Notes: a model not told the origin generated them from the letters alone. Counted from the first letter of the stretch, positions 1-10,251 are shown. The stretch: 64,000 nt of DNA from an uncultured Nitrososphaerota archaeon (GCA_963799845.1 CAWCYI010000006.1:1152001-1216000); one strand, 5' to 3'. Numbers and translations are program-made.

Positions 1-399
1 ATTTCGCCATCCTTCAACGTTCGAGTCTTTAGCTCGAGTGACCCGTACGAGCCACAGGCGGTGATGATACTCTTGGAAACACCCACCGGAAATATTTTGC
101 ACAGCGGAGACACGTCCTACTTCGGGGGATTCAAGGAAATTGGTGACAGCTACAGCGTCGATGTCGCTCTTCTGAATTTCGGGAAGCAAATTCCGAACCC
201 AGAGAAACCGTACTACATGAACGCTCAGAAGCTGGCAATGGCTGCCAGAGACCTTCGAGCGAAGATTGTAGTTCCGATGCACTGGAACCTCTGGGAGGAA
301 ACAAAGGAAGACCCCAGCTCGATCGAGCCGATTCTAAGAATAGAAAGTCCGGGCTCACAATTCAGGGTCGTAAATTTCGGGGAACTTCTTCAGGTCTGA
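1..399 (+). CDS. MBL-fold metallo-hydrolase (UlaG-like), 5' partial
   Basis: Frame is open from base 1; motifs ILHSGDT, DVALL and VVPMHW are typical of the C-terminal half of UlaG-like MBL hydrolases. Confidence 0.8.
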   Translation: MSPSFNVRVFSSSDPYEPQAVMILLETPTGNILHSGDTSYFGGFKEIGDSYSVDVALLNFGKQIPNPEKPYYMNAQKLAMAARDLRAKIVVPMHWNLWEETKEDPSSIEPILRIESPGSQFRVVNFGELLQV

Positions 400-494
400 A
401 TGCGATTGTGACGAACTAATTGTGGTGAATTAATGTTTGGAATCCAGATGGTTCACTAAGACATAAAACTGTCCTGTAATGCTGTCATTTCAGT

Positions 495-2840
495 TTGGCC
501 CAGCAGCAAATTTTCGAGACAGTGGAAAAACAGGTTGAAGTCGCAGAGTCCGCTCTCATCGTTGGTAAATCGCTGAAAAGGAGCGAGGATCCCAGGCTTG
601 TCACCGGACAGGGCAGGTATGTTGATGACCTAAAGCTTCCGAATTTGCATAGCGCGATCGTGGTTCGCAGTCCGTACGCGCACGCGGCCATTAGAAAAAT
701 CGATGCTTCGGATGCTCTCTCAGCTCCTGGCGTAAAACTGGTCATCACATCCAAAGATCTACCGGAAAACGTAGTCCTCCCCGTACTCGCGATGCCGGAC
801 GGGCGGAAGATCCCGAGGCCCGTACTTGCAAGCAGGGAAGCCTGTTACTTCGGAGAAGCTGTTGCATTCGTTGTTGCGGATACCAAAGACCACGCTCTGG
901 ATGCAGCTGAACTCGTCAAAGTTGAGTATCAACCACTCGGAGCCGCCGTCGACATGGAAAAAGCGATCGAAAAAGAAAGCCCGATCGCTCAGAGCTCACT
1001 TCAGAGCAATGTAGCACTTGTTGATCGTTTATCCTACGGCGACGTAGACCTCGCCTTCAAAAATGCATTCAAAACGGCGAAGGTCAAACAACTGAATCAG
1101 AGGCTAGCGCCGGCGCCCCTGGAACCGCGTGCCTGCCTTGCGGATTATTCGTCCGCTTCGGGGTTTCTGAATTTCTGGATTTCGACGCAATCCCCTTTCA
1201 GCGTGAGGTCCGGTCTATCTAACATCCTGCAGATTCCCGAAAACAAGATTCGGGTGATCGGACCCGAAGTGGGCGGCGGCTTTGGTGCGAAACTCGCGCT
1301 CTATCCCGAAGACCTACTTGTATGCATCGCTTCCATGAAACTGGGTCAACCGGTGAAGTGGATCGAAAGCAGGACCGAAAACTTTCAAACTATGACGCAC
1401 GGCAGGGGACAGATCCAGAACGTCGAGCTCGCGGCCGATGAAAAGGGAAAGATCCTTGGGCTGCGGGTAAAACTGATTGGTGATGCCGGCGCCTACCTCA
1501 CCGGCGACTCTTCCGACGTCACATTCACGATACGCATGATTGGCGGTTCGTACGTCATCCCAGCCTATGAAGGGGAGGCGACTGTCGTATTCACCAACAA
1601 AGTACTTCACGACTCCTATCGGGGCGCGGCGAGGCCGGAAGCAACCTTTGGCATTGAGAGGGCAATTGATGAACTGGCAAGGGTCATGGGAATGGATCCT
1701 GCGGAGATTAGGCTGATCAATTTCGTACCGAAAGATGCTTACCCATACGACATACGGACCGGTTTTAATTACGACAGCGGGGATTACGCCATGACTCTCC
1801 AGAAAGCTCTCGATCTGTCCGAATACGAAAAGTGGAGGGAGATGCAGCGTCAGGCAAGAAAGGATGGGAGGTTGATTGGAATCGGCCTAGTCAGCTACGT
1901 TGAGATCTGCGGCTTCGACCCCGACAGTCCGCAGACTGCCTCGATAACCGTAAGCGCTAGCGGAAGAGTGATGATCACAACTGGAACGTTTCCCCACGGT
2001 CAGGGTCATGAGACACCGTTTGCCCAGATCGTCTGCGACGTAATTGGTGCCCCGAGGGATAGCATCAGTGTCAGCTACGGCGATACCTCGCAGCTAGCCT
2101 GGGGGACGTTTACCGCGGGCAGTCGGTCGGCCTCTCTCGGAGGGACGGCCGTACTAATGTGTGCAAACAAAATCAGGGAGAAGATGGCACTCGTTGCGGC
2201 AAATAACCTCGGGACCAGCGCGGATGATCTCGTTTTCGAGTCGCAACTAGTACGTTCGAAAACAAATCCTGAGAAGAAACTAACCTTTCAGGAAGTCGCG
2301 TCTCTCTCGTACAAGCCTGCGAAACTACCCGAAGGAGTCGAGCCAGTCCTGTTCGCGTTCAGCGCGTTTGCACCGAAGAATTTCACATTCCCGTTCGGAA
2401 CGCACGTCGTCGTCGCCGAGATCGACAGGGACACGGGCAATCCGAAGATCCTGGAGTATACCTGCGTGGACGACTGCGGCAAGGTAATCAATCCGATGAT
2501 AGTTGAAGGGCAGATCCACGGCGGCATCGTCCAGGGTTTAGGGCAGGCAATGCTGGAGGGGATATCGTACGATGACAACGGGCAACTAATCACCAGCTCC
2601 TTCCTGGACTACCAGATTCCCCTGGCAGAAGACATACCCCTTTTCCATAATTACAGGACGGTGACGGCTTCGCCCTCCAATCCGCTCGGAGTAAAGGGAA
2701 TAGGTGAGGCGGGAGCTATCGCTTCAACCGCGGCGATCGCAAATGCTGTCTGTGATGCGCTGTCGAGCATTGGCACCACGGCGAGCGAGATGCCGTTCAC
2801 GCCGGGCTATCTATTCGAACTCATAAAGAAGGCCAGTTAA
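495..2840 (+). CDS. Xanthine dehydrogenase/CoxL-family molybdopterin-binding large subunit (aldehyde oxidoreductase-like)
   Basis: RSEDPRLVTGQGRYVDD, VGGGFGAK, HGQGHET, GQIHGG and KGIGEAG motifs. The active-site loop is SYRGAAR, not the AYxCSFR of form I CO dehydrogenase. Confidence 0.92.
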   Translation: MAQQQIFETVEKQVEVAESALIVGKSLKRSEDPRLVTGQGRYVDDLKLPNLHSAIVVRSPYAHAAIRKIDASDALSAPGVKLVITSKDLPENVVLPVLAMPDGRKIPRPVLASREACYFGEAVAFVVADTKDHALDAAELVKVEYQPLGAAVDMEKAIEKESPIAQSSLQSNVALVDRLSYGDVDLAFKNAFKTAKVKQLNQRLAPAPLEPRACLADYSSASGFLNFWISTQSPFSVRSGLSNILQIPENKIRVIGPEVGGGFGAKLALYPEDLLVCIASMKLGQPVKWIESRTENFQTMTHGRGQIQNVELAADEKGKILGLRVKLIGDAGAYLTGDSSDVTFTIRMIGGSYVIPAYEGEATVVFTNKVLHDSYRGAARPEATFGIERAIDELARVMGMDPAEIRLINFVPKDAYPYDIRTGFNYDSGDYAMTLQKALDLSEYEKWREMQRQARKDGRLIGIGLVSYVEICGFDPDSPQTASITVSASGRVMITTGTFPHGQGHETPFAQIVCDVIGAPRDSISVSYGDTSQLAWGTFTAGSRSASLGGTAVLMCANKIREKMALVAANNLGTSADDLVFESQLVRSKTNPEKKLTFQEVASLSYKPAKLPEGVEPVLFAFSAFAPKNFTFPFGTHVVVAEIDRDTGNPKILEYTCVDDCGKVINPMIVEGQIHGGIVQGLGQAMLEGISYDDNGQLITSSFLDYQIPLAEDIPLFHNYRTVTASPSNPLGVKGIGEAGAIASTAAIANAVCDALSSIGTTASEMPFTPGYLFELIKKAS

Positions 2841-2858
2841 TTCGGTCCCGAGAGAACC

Positions 2859-4202
2859 CTAATTTCTCCTCGTGACTTTCATCCTTATCCCGTTCTTCGG
2901 TCGCAGTGTAATTCTCGGCAGCATCTCTACTTTCTGAGCTTGGACGAGTGAAAGGTTCCAGCTCTGCGCCATTCGCGCGATTATCATGGCGCCCTCCATC
3001 CAAGCAAACGGCTCGCCCACACAGCCTCTGGGACCTCCGCCAAAGGGAAAGTATGCGAATTTCGGCAGCTCCACTCTGAAATCCTTCGTCCAGCGGTCGG
3101 GATCGAATTTCTCGGGATCTTTGAAGAATCGTCCATCGTGGTGAACAACGTACTGGCTCATGAGAACGTCTGTCCCCGCAGGAATTGAATATCCCCCGAT
3201 GATGCAGTCGTTCAACGCCTGTCTCGTGAGAATCCACGCAGGTGGATAGATTCGCATTCCTTCAGTCAGGACGTTTGTCGTGTAGGCAAGTTTAGGCACA
3301 TCTTCAAATGTCGGGACCTTATTCCCGAGAACAGCATCGACTTCCACCCGCAGTTTTCTCTCCACATCAGGATGTTGGGAGACCAAATACCACGTCCAGC
3401 TGAGAGCGTTGGCTGTCGTCTCGTGTCCAGCTGCGAAGAGTATGAGCGCTTCATCACGGATCTGCTTGTCCGACATTGCTTTACCGTCCGCGTCCCGCGC
3501 GCTCATCAGCATTGAGAGTAGATCGCCATAATCGTGTGGGTTTTTTTGCCTCTCTTCGATCATGCCGTAGACCATCCTGTCGACGGTTTCTACTGCCCGG
3601 CTGTACTTGCGATTGCTCGGTAGCTTTTCCAATAGCCACGCGAACGGACTGGAAAGTCGATTGAAGTATTCGATTATGTCGGTCAGGGATCCACTTATGG
3701 ACCTGGACTTTTCCTCCACGTCCTCGTTGAAAAGGCATTTTGCCACTATCGCCATCGTCAACTTGGTCATTTCTGCGTGGATATCCAGAACTTCTCCGCT
3801 GTGCCACGAGCTCAGGACTCGATCCGTGTATGCGGTCATGGTCTCGGCGTAAGCGGCGATTCTAGAGTGGTTGAAGGCCGGCTGCACGAGCCGCCGTTGT
3901 CGGTGGTGAAAATCTCCCTCGCTGGTCAAGAGGCCCTCGCCGAAGACTTTCTTTGTCCTCTGGAGGAAATCTCCCTTTACAAAATTCTTGTGCTGGTTTA
4001 CAAGTATTTCCTGGATGAGATCAGGCTCGCTCACCAGATAAAAGTCAAACAGGGGAGACTTGAGCTGCGCCATCTCGCGGTGTTTCTTTGCAATTTTGCT
4101 AACGGTAGAGGTAACGCTGGTGCTTGGAACCACAACCGATCTCGGAGGTTTTTTCCCAACCACATCCGGTTTCTTGATCTGCTCTTCGTGTACGGTTCCC
4201 AA
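2859..4202 (-). CDS. Cytochrome P450
   Basis: I-helix AGHETTA, K-helix EGMR, FDPDRW and heme-binding FGGGPRGCVG. Confidence 0.95.
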   Translation of the reverse strand: MGTVHEEQIKKPDVVGKKPPRSVVVPSTSVTSTVSKIAKKHREMAQLKSPLFDFYLVSEPDLIQEILVNQHKNFVKGDFLQRTKKVFGEGLLTSEGDFHHRQRRLVQPAFNHSRIAAYAETMTAYTDRVLSSWHSGEVLDIHAEMTKLTMAIVAKCLFNEDVEEKSRSISGSLTDIIEYFNRLSSPFAWLLEKLPSNRKYSRAVETVDRMVYGMIEERQKNPHDYGDLLSMLMSARDADGKAMSDKQIRDEALILFAAGHETTANALSWTWYLVSQHPDVERKLRVEVDAVLGNKVPTFEDVPKLAYTTNVLTEGMRIYPPAWILTRQALNDCIIGGYSIPAGTDVLMSQYVVHHDGRFFKDPEKFDPDRWTKDFRVELPKFAYFPFGGGPRGCVGEPFAWMEGAMIIARMAQSWNLSLVQAQKVEMLPRITLRPKNGIRMKVTRRN

Positions 4203-4245
4203 TTCAACTCAGATCCGCGAAATTAGATAGAGACTAAATCGGCAT

Positions 4246-5067
4246 TTAGCTATTAATGAAGATTGGATGTATTCTCATGCCGTCCAGGTCGCAAAACTTT
4301 TTGCTTCTGGCTTCATCCTTGCTGTACTTTTTTCCGCATTTTGAGCAGCAGTAGATAACTTCCCTCGTCTTGGATTTGTGACGCAGTTCCGCTTTTAGAT
4401 CAGACACGGTCTTTACCATGAGGCAGGTTACGTACATCGACTTGAGCTGCGATAATTTCGACTTGAATAATTGCTCGTCATTCCTAGCAATGGTTGCGAA
4501 TGCTACGTCAATTACTGGGGTGACTGGATTGTATGGTTTGTCCTCATCTTTCATCCTGTTGATTCCCTCGGCGCGGATTTGCTTCGCCCTCTCGAACATT
4601 AGATCGATTGAGGTCTCGTCAATTTTGTTTGTCTGCATTTGAAACTGGGGATCGTAAATTGCTCGCTCGGACCAATTATGTTCTTTTATCTTCGCGTAAA
4701 CTACTGTCTCGAAATCGTCGTCGATCCGTTTCATCGCTTCCAGAAGGGCGTCCTTTTCCCGTGAGTGATATTCCGTCAGAATGTTCTGCAACTTTTCGAC
4801 ACTTGAGACCGTGTTGCAACGGAGGCCGATTCTCATTGTCGCGCCGTTTAGCCTCAGGTCGATGTGCGGGTCAGGTCGATTCTCGATTTCTTCCTTGCTT
4901 GTTTCGCCAGGCAGAGGGAGAGCGACCCAGTTCGAGTTCGACACGAGCGATACAATTTCCTCGTCTGGAATTTTCGGCAGTAAGTCTTGAAGTACGACCT
5001 CGGACAACCTGAAAAAAGGGATATAGTCGGATTTTCCGATCTGGATTTCCAAGTCGGAATTCTGCAA
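4246..5067 (-). CDS. Hypothetical protein with C-terminal zinc ribbon
   Basis: 273-aa ORF with plausible composition; C-terminal CSKCGKKY...FCDLDG. Confidence 0.65.
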   Translation of the reverse strand: MQNSDLEIQIGKSDYIPFFRLSEVVLQDLLPKIPDEEIVSLVSNSNWVALPLPGETSKEEIENRPDPHIDLRLNGATMRIGLRCNTVSSVEKLQNILTEYHSREKDALLEAMKRIDDDFETVVYAKIKEHNWSERAIYDPQFQMQTNKIDETSIDLMFERAKQIRAEGINRMKDEDKPYNPVTPVIDVAFATIARNDEQLFKSKLSQLKSMYVTCLMVKTVSDLKAELRHKSKTREVIYCCSKCGKKYSKDEARSKKFCDLDGMRIHPIFINS

Positions 5068-5124
5068 TTCCTGTGTGCATAAATCTTTTAGTGGAATTAG
5101 TCGAGCCGGGTCTAAGCAGTAAGA

Positions 5125-5910
5125 GTGGTATTAAACCTGAAATCACGTGACCTCTTCGATCTCTCTGGCAAGTCTGCGCTTGTGACCGGGGGTGGAAGAG
5201 GAATAGGCAAGACGATGGCCACCGCGTTAGCTGAAGCCGGGGCCGATGTTGCAATCGCCTCGCGAAATCTAGAATCTTGCATTGAGGTCGCAGGAGAAAT
5301 ATCGAAGGCGACGGGAAAGACGGTTCTCCCGGGAAAGCTTAACGTGACAGACAGAGACAGTGTCCATGAGCTCGTAACTTCCGTAGAAAAAAAATTTGGG
5401 AAGATCGACATCCTCGTGAACAACAGCGGGTCGACCTGGGGAGCCCCATTTGAAGAGATGCCGTTTGACAAGTGGGAGCAGGTCATCAAAACAAACCTCA
5501 CTGGAACTTTTCTCGTGTCCCAAGCGGTCGTCCCGATAATGAAACGCGTCGGATGGGGGAGGATAATCAATGTGTCTTCGATCGTAGGACTGGTTGCGCC
5601 GCCGGATTTCATGAGCACCATTGGTTACACAGCGAGTAAAGGAGGCATCATTTCACTTACCAGGGAGCTCGCGGTGAAGCTGGCTAAAGACAATATTATT
5701 GTAAACGCGATCGCGCCGAGCTTCTTCCCGTCCAAGATGACGAGTGCCTTCGTGCAGAAGTTCGGAGACAAGATCAGGGATTCAAATCCCATGAAAAGGA
5801 TGGGCGAGGAGGACGATCTCAAGGGTGTAGTAGTCTTCCTCGCGTCGCAGGCAGCGAGTTACATCACCGGTCAGGTAATCGCGGTCGACGGTGGCTATAC
5901 CGCAACCTGA
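5125..5910 (+). CDS. SDR family oxidoreductase (gluconate 5-dehydrogenase-like)
   Basis: TGGGRGIG, NNSG, YTASK and AVDGG motifs. Confidence 0.92.
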   Translation: MVLNLKSRDLFDLSGKSALVTGGGRGIGKTMATALAEAGADVAIASRNLESCIEVAGEISKATGKTVLPGKLNVTDRDSVHELVTSVEKKFGKIDILVNNSGSTWGAPFEEMPFDKWEQVIKTNLTGTFLVSQAVVPIMKRVGWGRIINVSSIVGLVAPPDFMSTIGYTASKGGIISLTRELAVKLAKDNIIVNAIAPSFFPSKMTSAFVQKFGDKIRDSNPMKRMGEEDDLKGVVVFLASQAASYITGQVIAVDGGYTAT

Positions 5911-5939
5911 ATCGACTTTATGCGAAACCCTGCGAAAGC

Positions 5940-7067
5940 TCAATTCACTCTGTGCTTATCGACGTACGAATCATCGATTTCAATCCCGAGACCCGGCCCG
6001 TCGGGAATTTTCACGTACCCGTCCTTTGGTACTTCGATCGGTTTCTTCAACATCTTGTCATGTCCCCAGTTTAGGGCAGGAAGATCTATTCCATACTCGA
6101 CGAACGGCGCATTTGGAACAGATCCTATTAATTGCAGTGCCGCAGCGAGAGTGATCGCCGCGTCGAAGGAATGCGGAACAAACAGCTTGTTTGCTGCTTC
6201 GGCGAGAGCGGCGACCTTCTTCAACTGCAGGATTCCGCCCGACGCGCATACATCAGCCTGGATGATGTCAAAGCAGTCTCCGTCAATCAGTTCTTTGAAC
6301 CGGAAGAATCCGTTTTCGTCTTCTCCGCCTGCAATCTGGACGTCCACTTCTCTCGAAAGCCTCGCCAGATCTTCATGGGCTGCGTGATAAAGCGGCTCTT
6401 CCAGCCAGTAGACGTTCAGCTTTCCGAGTTCTCTCGCAGTTTCCAGAGCTCTTCTGTATGTCCAGAAGGGGCCGGAGAATGTCGCCGCCTGGTTTGCATC
6501 AACCATGATCTTCATCTCGTCCTGCACAGCATTCCTGACGGCCCTTATGGGCGCGACGTCTTTTTCCAGGTCTTCGCTGTGAATCCTGATTTTGATCGCT
6601 CTAAATCCCATCTCCAGATATTTCAGAGCGTCTGCGGCATGTTCCTCCGGAGTTTTCAGCATGCCCGTGCTTGCATACGCCATTACACGATCCTGGGCAC
6701 CGCCAAGCAGTTTGTGAATCGGCTTGTTACAGGCTTTTCCAATGGCGTCCCACATCGCCACCTCGACGCCCCAAAGATCTACCGTGTTCATGCTGTAGGT
6801 GATGCCGTTGAGAATACGGATGATTTTTTCAGTGCTGAAGAGATCGGTTCCCAGCACGAGATCTTTGAAGACTCGAGACTCTCCAACAATTTTGATTTCT
6901 GATCCGAATGAATTCTGCCAGCCGTAGCCTGTAATTCCTTCGTCGGCGTGGACTTTGATTAGAGTACCGTCGGCAGTTCTCTGCGTGACGTTAGGAAACC
7001 ACGCGGGATGGAACGGAGCGTCCAGTGGTAGGGAGACGGGAATGAATTCGACGGAGGAGATTTTCAA
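5940..7067 (-). CDS. Mandelate racemase/muconate lactonizing enzyme family protein
   Basis: KIR catalytic motif, MVDAN, WLEEP, GGE metal ligands and C-terminal PGLGIE. Confidence 0.9.
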   Translation of the reverse strand: MKISSVEFIPVSLPLDAPFHPAWFPNVTQRTADGTLIKVHADEGITGYGWQNSFGSEIKIVGESRVFKDLVLGTDLFSTEKIIRILNGITYSMNTVDLWGVEVAMWDAIGKACNKPIHKLLGGAQDRVMAYASTGMLKTPEEHAADALKYLEMGFRAIKIRIHSEDLEKDVAPIRAVRNAVQDEMKIMVDANQAATFSGPFWTYRRALETARELGKLNVYWLEEPLYHAAHEDLARLSREVDVQIAGGEDENGFFRFKELIDGDCFDIIQADVCASGGILQLKKVAALAEAANKLFVPHSFDAAITLAAALQLIGSVPNAPFVEYGIDLPALNWGHDKMLKKPIEVPKDGYVKIPDGPGLGIEIDDSYVDKHRVN

Positions 7068-7119
7068 ATTTTTTTTCGAAGTCAGATCAGGTGATTTTGA
7101 ATTTAATGCTTACAAGCCA

Positions 7120-8944
7120 TCAGGGAAAGATGCGAATGCACGGCCTCGTGAAAAGCTGCCAGTTTCCCGTAGACTTGTCATACTTTGAATTTACGAATAC
7201 ATGCCAGTTCTCATCATCAAGTTTTGGAAAGTCAGCCCTGTAACAGTATCCCGGCCATCGCGTCTCCTTCCGGAATATGGTGTGTCTCAAAACAGACTCG
7301 GCGGTCATTACTCTGTGGTGAAGCTCCCAAGCCCTTTGAAGCTGGTGCAAATCCTCAGCCGCGATGTGCGCCAGATCCTCCCTCAGCATCGTCATGAGTT
7401 CCAATCCCCGATTGAGGAGCATTTCGTTCGTCGTGTACATCGGCCCCCAGCCGCCGGCGTACTCATCCATTAACTTCTCCAGTCTAACGACGAACTGGTC
7501 AGCGTACAGGTAAGACGGGGAGATGGTTCCCTTCGTTATCAAGTTCCTCCCTAAGGAAAAATTCTTCAGCGGTTGGAATATCTCTTCCTTGAGTTTCGCC
7601 ACTGCCTTCTCCGAAACTTCAGGCAAGTCTGAATGATCCATCGCGTATGCGACCGCCGCCTTACCCGCCAGCCTGCCCTCGGTGAAAGAACCGGAAGAAA
7701 ACTTGTGGGCGGACCCGCCTATAGTATCGCCGGCACCGAACAGTCCTTCGATAGTGGTCATTCGATTGTATCCCCAGAAGTATTCCTTCGGGGAGACGTC
7801 CTGAGGGCCGCTGGCCCACGCTCCGGAGCATGTGGCGTGCGACCCCATGATGTACGGCTCTGACGTCTGTAGTTCAGACGGTCTTTTCTTCGGATCAATG
7901 TTTTGCGAAGCCCAAACTATAGTCTGGCTCATAGTCATGTCGAGGAAATCTTCGTGCCCGAGCTCCTCCTTCTCCCTCGTATCAAGAACTCTCTCGGTGT
8001 GTATGTAGATTGGCTGTCTGCCCGCCTTTATCTCTCTGAGCATGGCGTCATTTCGAAGACACGTGGGAAACGGTTTGGAATCCACGTAGTTGCCGTACAG
8101 CGCTCTCTGATCTTCAAGATACCTCAACTCATAATCCTCGCCGTACGCGTTTGTCGCTACGGCCTTCAAAGCGAGGAACCACGCACCTACGGGCCCGTAC
8201 CCATCCTTGAACCTAGTGACAACAAGCTTGTTTTCCATCTGCGTCATCTCGGCTCCCACTCCGATAATTAGGGCGTACGCAGAACCCGTGCTCCAGGGTG
8301 CATACCATGTTCTCCCCGCCCCCTCTCCCACCGATCTCGGTCGGAAGATGTGTGTCCCTCCTCCCGAGGCGACGATTACTGCATTGGCACGGAAAATGTA
8401 GAATGCTCCATCCCTTACGTGAAATCCGACTGCACCGGCGACGCGATTCGGATTTGTCTCGTCGACCAGGAGATGGGTGATCATTATTCTGTTGTAGATC
8501 TTGGTTGCAGCTTTGGTTGCAGCTTCGGCAACAATCGGTTTGTACGACTCACCGTGAATCAGGATCTGCCACCTTCCCTCCCGCTTGTAGCGCCCCGTCT
8601 GGCTGTCGTAGATTATGGGTAGGCCCCACTCTTCAAAGAGGTGCACGGTAGAATCGACGTGCCTTGCGATATCAAATTCTAGATCCTCCCTGACGAGGCC
8701 CATCAGATCGTTCCTAGTGTACCGTACAAAGTCCTCGGGGGTGTTTTCGTTCCACCGCATTCCCATGTAGCAATTGATTGCGGAGAGGCCCATCGCCACG
8801 GCCCCGCTCCGCTCAATGTGGGCCTTCTCGACGACGACCACGTTCAGATTGCGTCCCCAGTACCTCAGCTTCGTACGCGGCTCCGCATCCAGCCATCCCC
8901 CCTCCAATCACCAGGATGTCACAGTTCACGGTCCTCGTCTTCAA
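7120..8944 (-). CDS. aprA: Adenylylsulfate (APS) reductase alpha subunit, lineage I type; one +1 frameshift at about 8866
   Basis: TTG start at 8944 reads MKTRTVNCDILVIGGGMAGCGAAYEA. Removing one base joins it to RYWGRNLNVVVVEKAHIERSGAVAMGLSAINCY; also GRTWY, YIMGSH, HKFSSGSFTEGR and ETRWPGYCYRADFP. Confidence 0.95.
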
Positions 8945-8978
8945 GATCTATCACTTTTTCAGAGAAGGCAGCATGAAG

Positions 8979-9437
8979 TTACTTTTTGATTTGCGCAAGT
9001 GTCGGCAGCCCGCGTTCTATCTTTAGATATTCAGGTTCATGTGAAAGAAGCTGCGAGCGAATATCCTCGGGCTTTGGTTGGTCGTAGTTTTGAGGTGCCT
9101 TTATCGAGCCCCACTTTGTCGTCCGAATCGGAAACGTAAATTGATTCTTTGAGTTATCCCTGTATTTTATTTTCCAGTGAATCTCATTCTTCTCTTCGTC
9201 GCGAAGAACAGTGAGCTTGTGGTCCAAGGGAGCAAAATCTGCATAACCACGAATGTCAATTGCGTGTTGAGGGCACTCCTTCACGCAGGAGTAGCACTCC
9301 CAGCAGTAACTCGGTTCGATGTTGTAGGCCTTCCTTCCATTGAAGATGCTGTGAGTTAGGTGCATGATATCACTGGGGCAGATGTCGACGCACTTGCCGC
9401 ACCCGTCACATAATGATGCATACACGAATGTTGGCAA
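8979..9437 (-). CDS. aprB: Adenylylsulfate reductase beta subunit (2x[4Fe-4S])
   Basis: MPTFV..CDGCGKCVDICPSDIM, CWECYSCVKECPQ.AI.IRGYADFAPL and F.FPIRTT.WGSI are AprB signatures. Confidence 0.95.
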   Translation of the reverse strand: MPTFVYASLCDGCGKCVDICPSDIMHLTHSIFNGRKAYNIEPSYCWECYSCVKECPQHAIDIRGYADFAPLDHKLTVLRDEEKNEIHWKIKYRDNSKNQFTFPIRTTKWGSIKAPQNYDQPKPEDIRSQLLSHEPEYLKIERGLPTLAQIKK

Positions 9438-9443
9438 TTTTAC

Positions 9444-10217
9444 TCACTTGTTTCTTTCGGAATTTTCTTTATTCATCGTGTCGGTTGATGCCTCCGCAGC
9501 TGGGAGAAGTGGCTCTACACCTGTTCTTTTGTCGATCTCTTCGTAAAGGAGAGAAATTGGTTTTGAGATCGCATGGAAGAATTTGGTAAATGGAGCTGTC
9601 GCGAGCAGTGTTATCACAAATGCCATGTGAACCCAGAACGAGCTCGAAACCCACTCCGATCCCATGGAAGAGTATATCGTTTGTTGCGCGATGAAACCGG
9701 TCACAACGGCCAGGAACAACGTCATGAGAAATACATCTGAGCGAGTCAAACGCCAGATCGGGGCGCCCTCGCGGTACCTGACATAGAACATTCCTAGAAA
9801 ACCAATAACGACGAGCACTCCGCCCACGTTGCCGAATAGCTTGACCGGATTGTAGAGCGGTAAAACGAGGTCAGTTGGATTTGTGAGGAACGCAAGAGTA
9901 GTGGATATTCCGAGGAAGACAAAGCCCCAGAAAATGGCGAGATGCGATACGCGTTTTGTCTTGCTGCAAGTTTCGAGAACGCGGAAGGCAAAGACTTCGC
10001 GTAACAAAATAGTAAAGAAACTTGGAACGATTTGTGACGATGAATTGGGTTCAGCGGTCTTCCCTTTCGTTCCCCCAGAGAAAATCTGCCACTGAAAGAA
10101 GTGATGCAGCGCACCCCCTTTCAACCTGTAAACTATGCCCAGAATAACAAGCAGAAGTACGATCAGACTTCCCGCGTCGATAACCAAATTGGGGATGGGC
10201 AGATTCATGAATGGCAT
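9444..10217 (-). CDS. aprM: APS reductase membrane anchor, AprM-like (QmoC/HdrE-type transmembrane fold)
   Basis: About 5 hydrophobic segments. KRVSHLAIFWGF, EGAPIWRLTRSDVF and FTKFFHAISKP parallel AprM motifs as recalled; lies directly upstream of aprB-aprA. Confidence 0.75.
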   Translation of the reverse strand: MPFMNLPIPNLVIDAGSLIVLLLVILGIVYRLKGGALHHFFQWQIFSGGTKGKTAEPNSSSQIVPSFFTILLREVFAFRVLETCSKTKRVSHLAIFWGFVFLGISTTLAFLTNPTDLVLPLYNPVKLFGNVGGVLVVIGFLGMFYVRYREGAPIWRLTRSDVFLMTLFLAVVTGFIAQQTIYSSMGSEWVSSSFWVHMAFVITLLATAPFTKFFHAISKPISLLYEEIDKRTGVEPLLPAAEASTDTMNKENSERNK

Positions 10218-10251
10218 TTGCTAGAACCTCAGCAATAAATCCGGGAAAATT

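Noticed and set aside
495-2840. Aerobic CO dehydrogenase CoxL
   Set aside because: It lacks the AYxCSFR copper-ligand motif, and no coxMS or accessory genes are adjacent.
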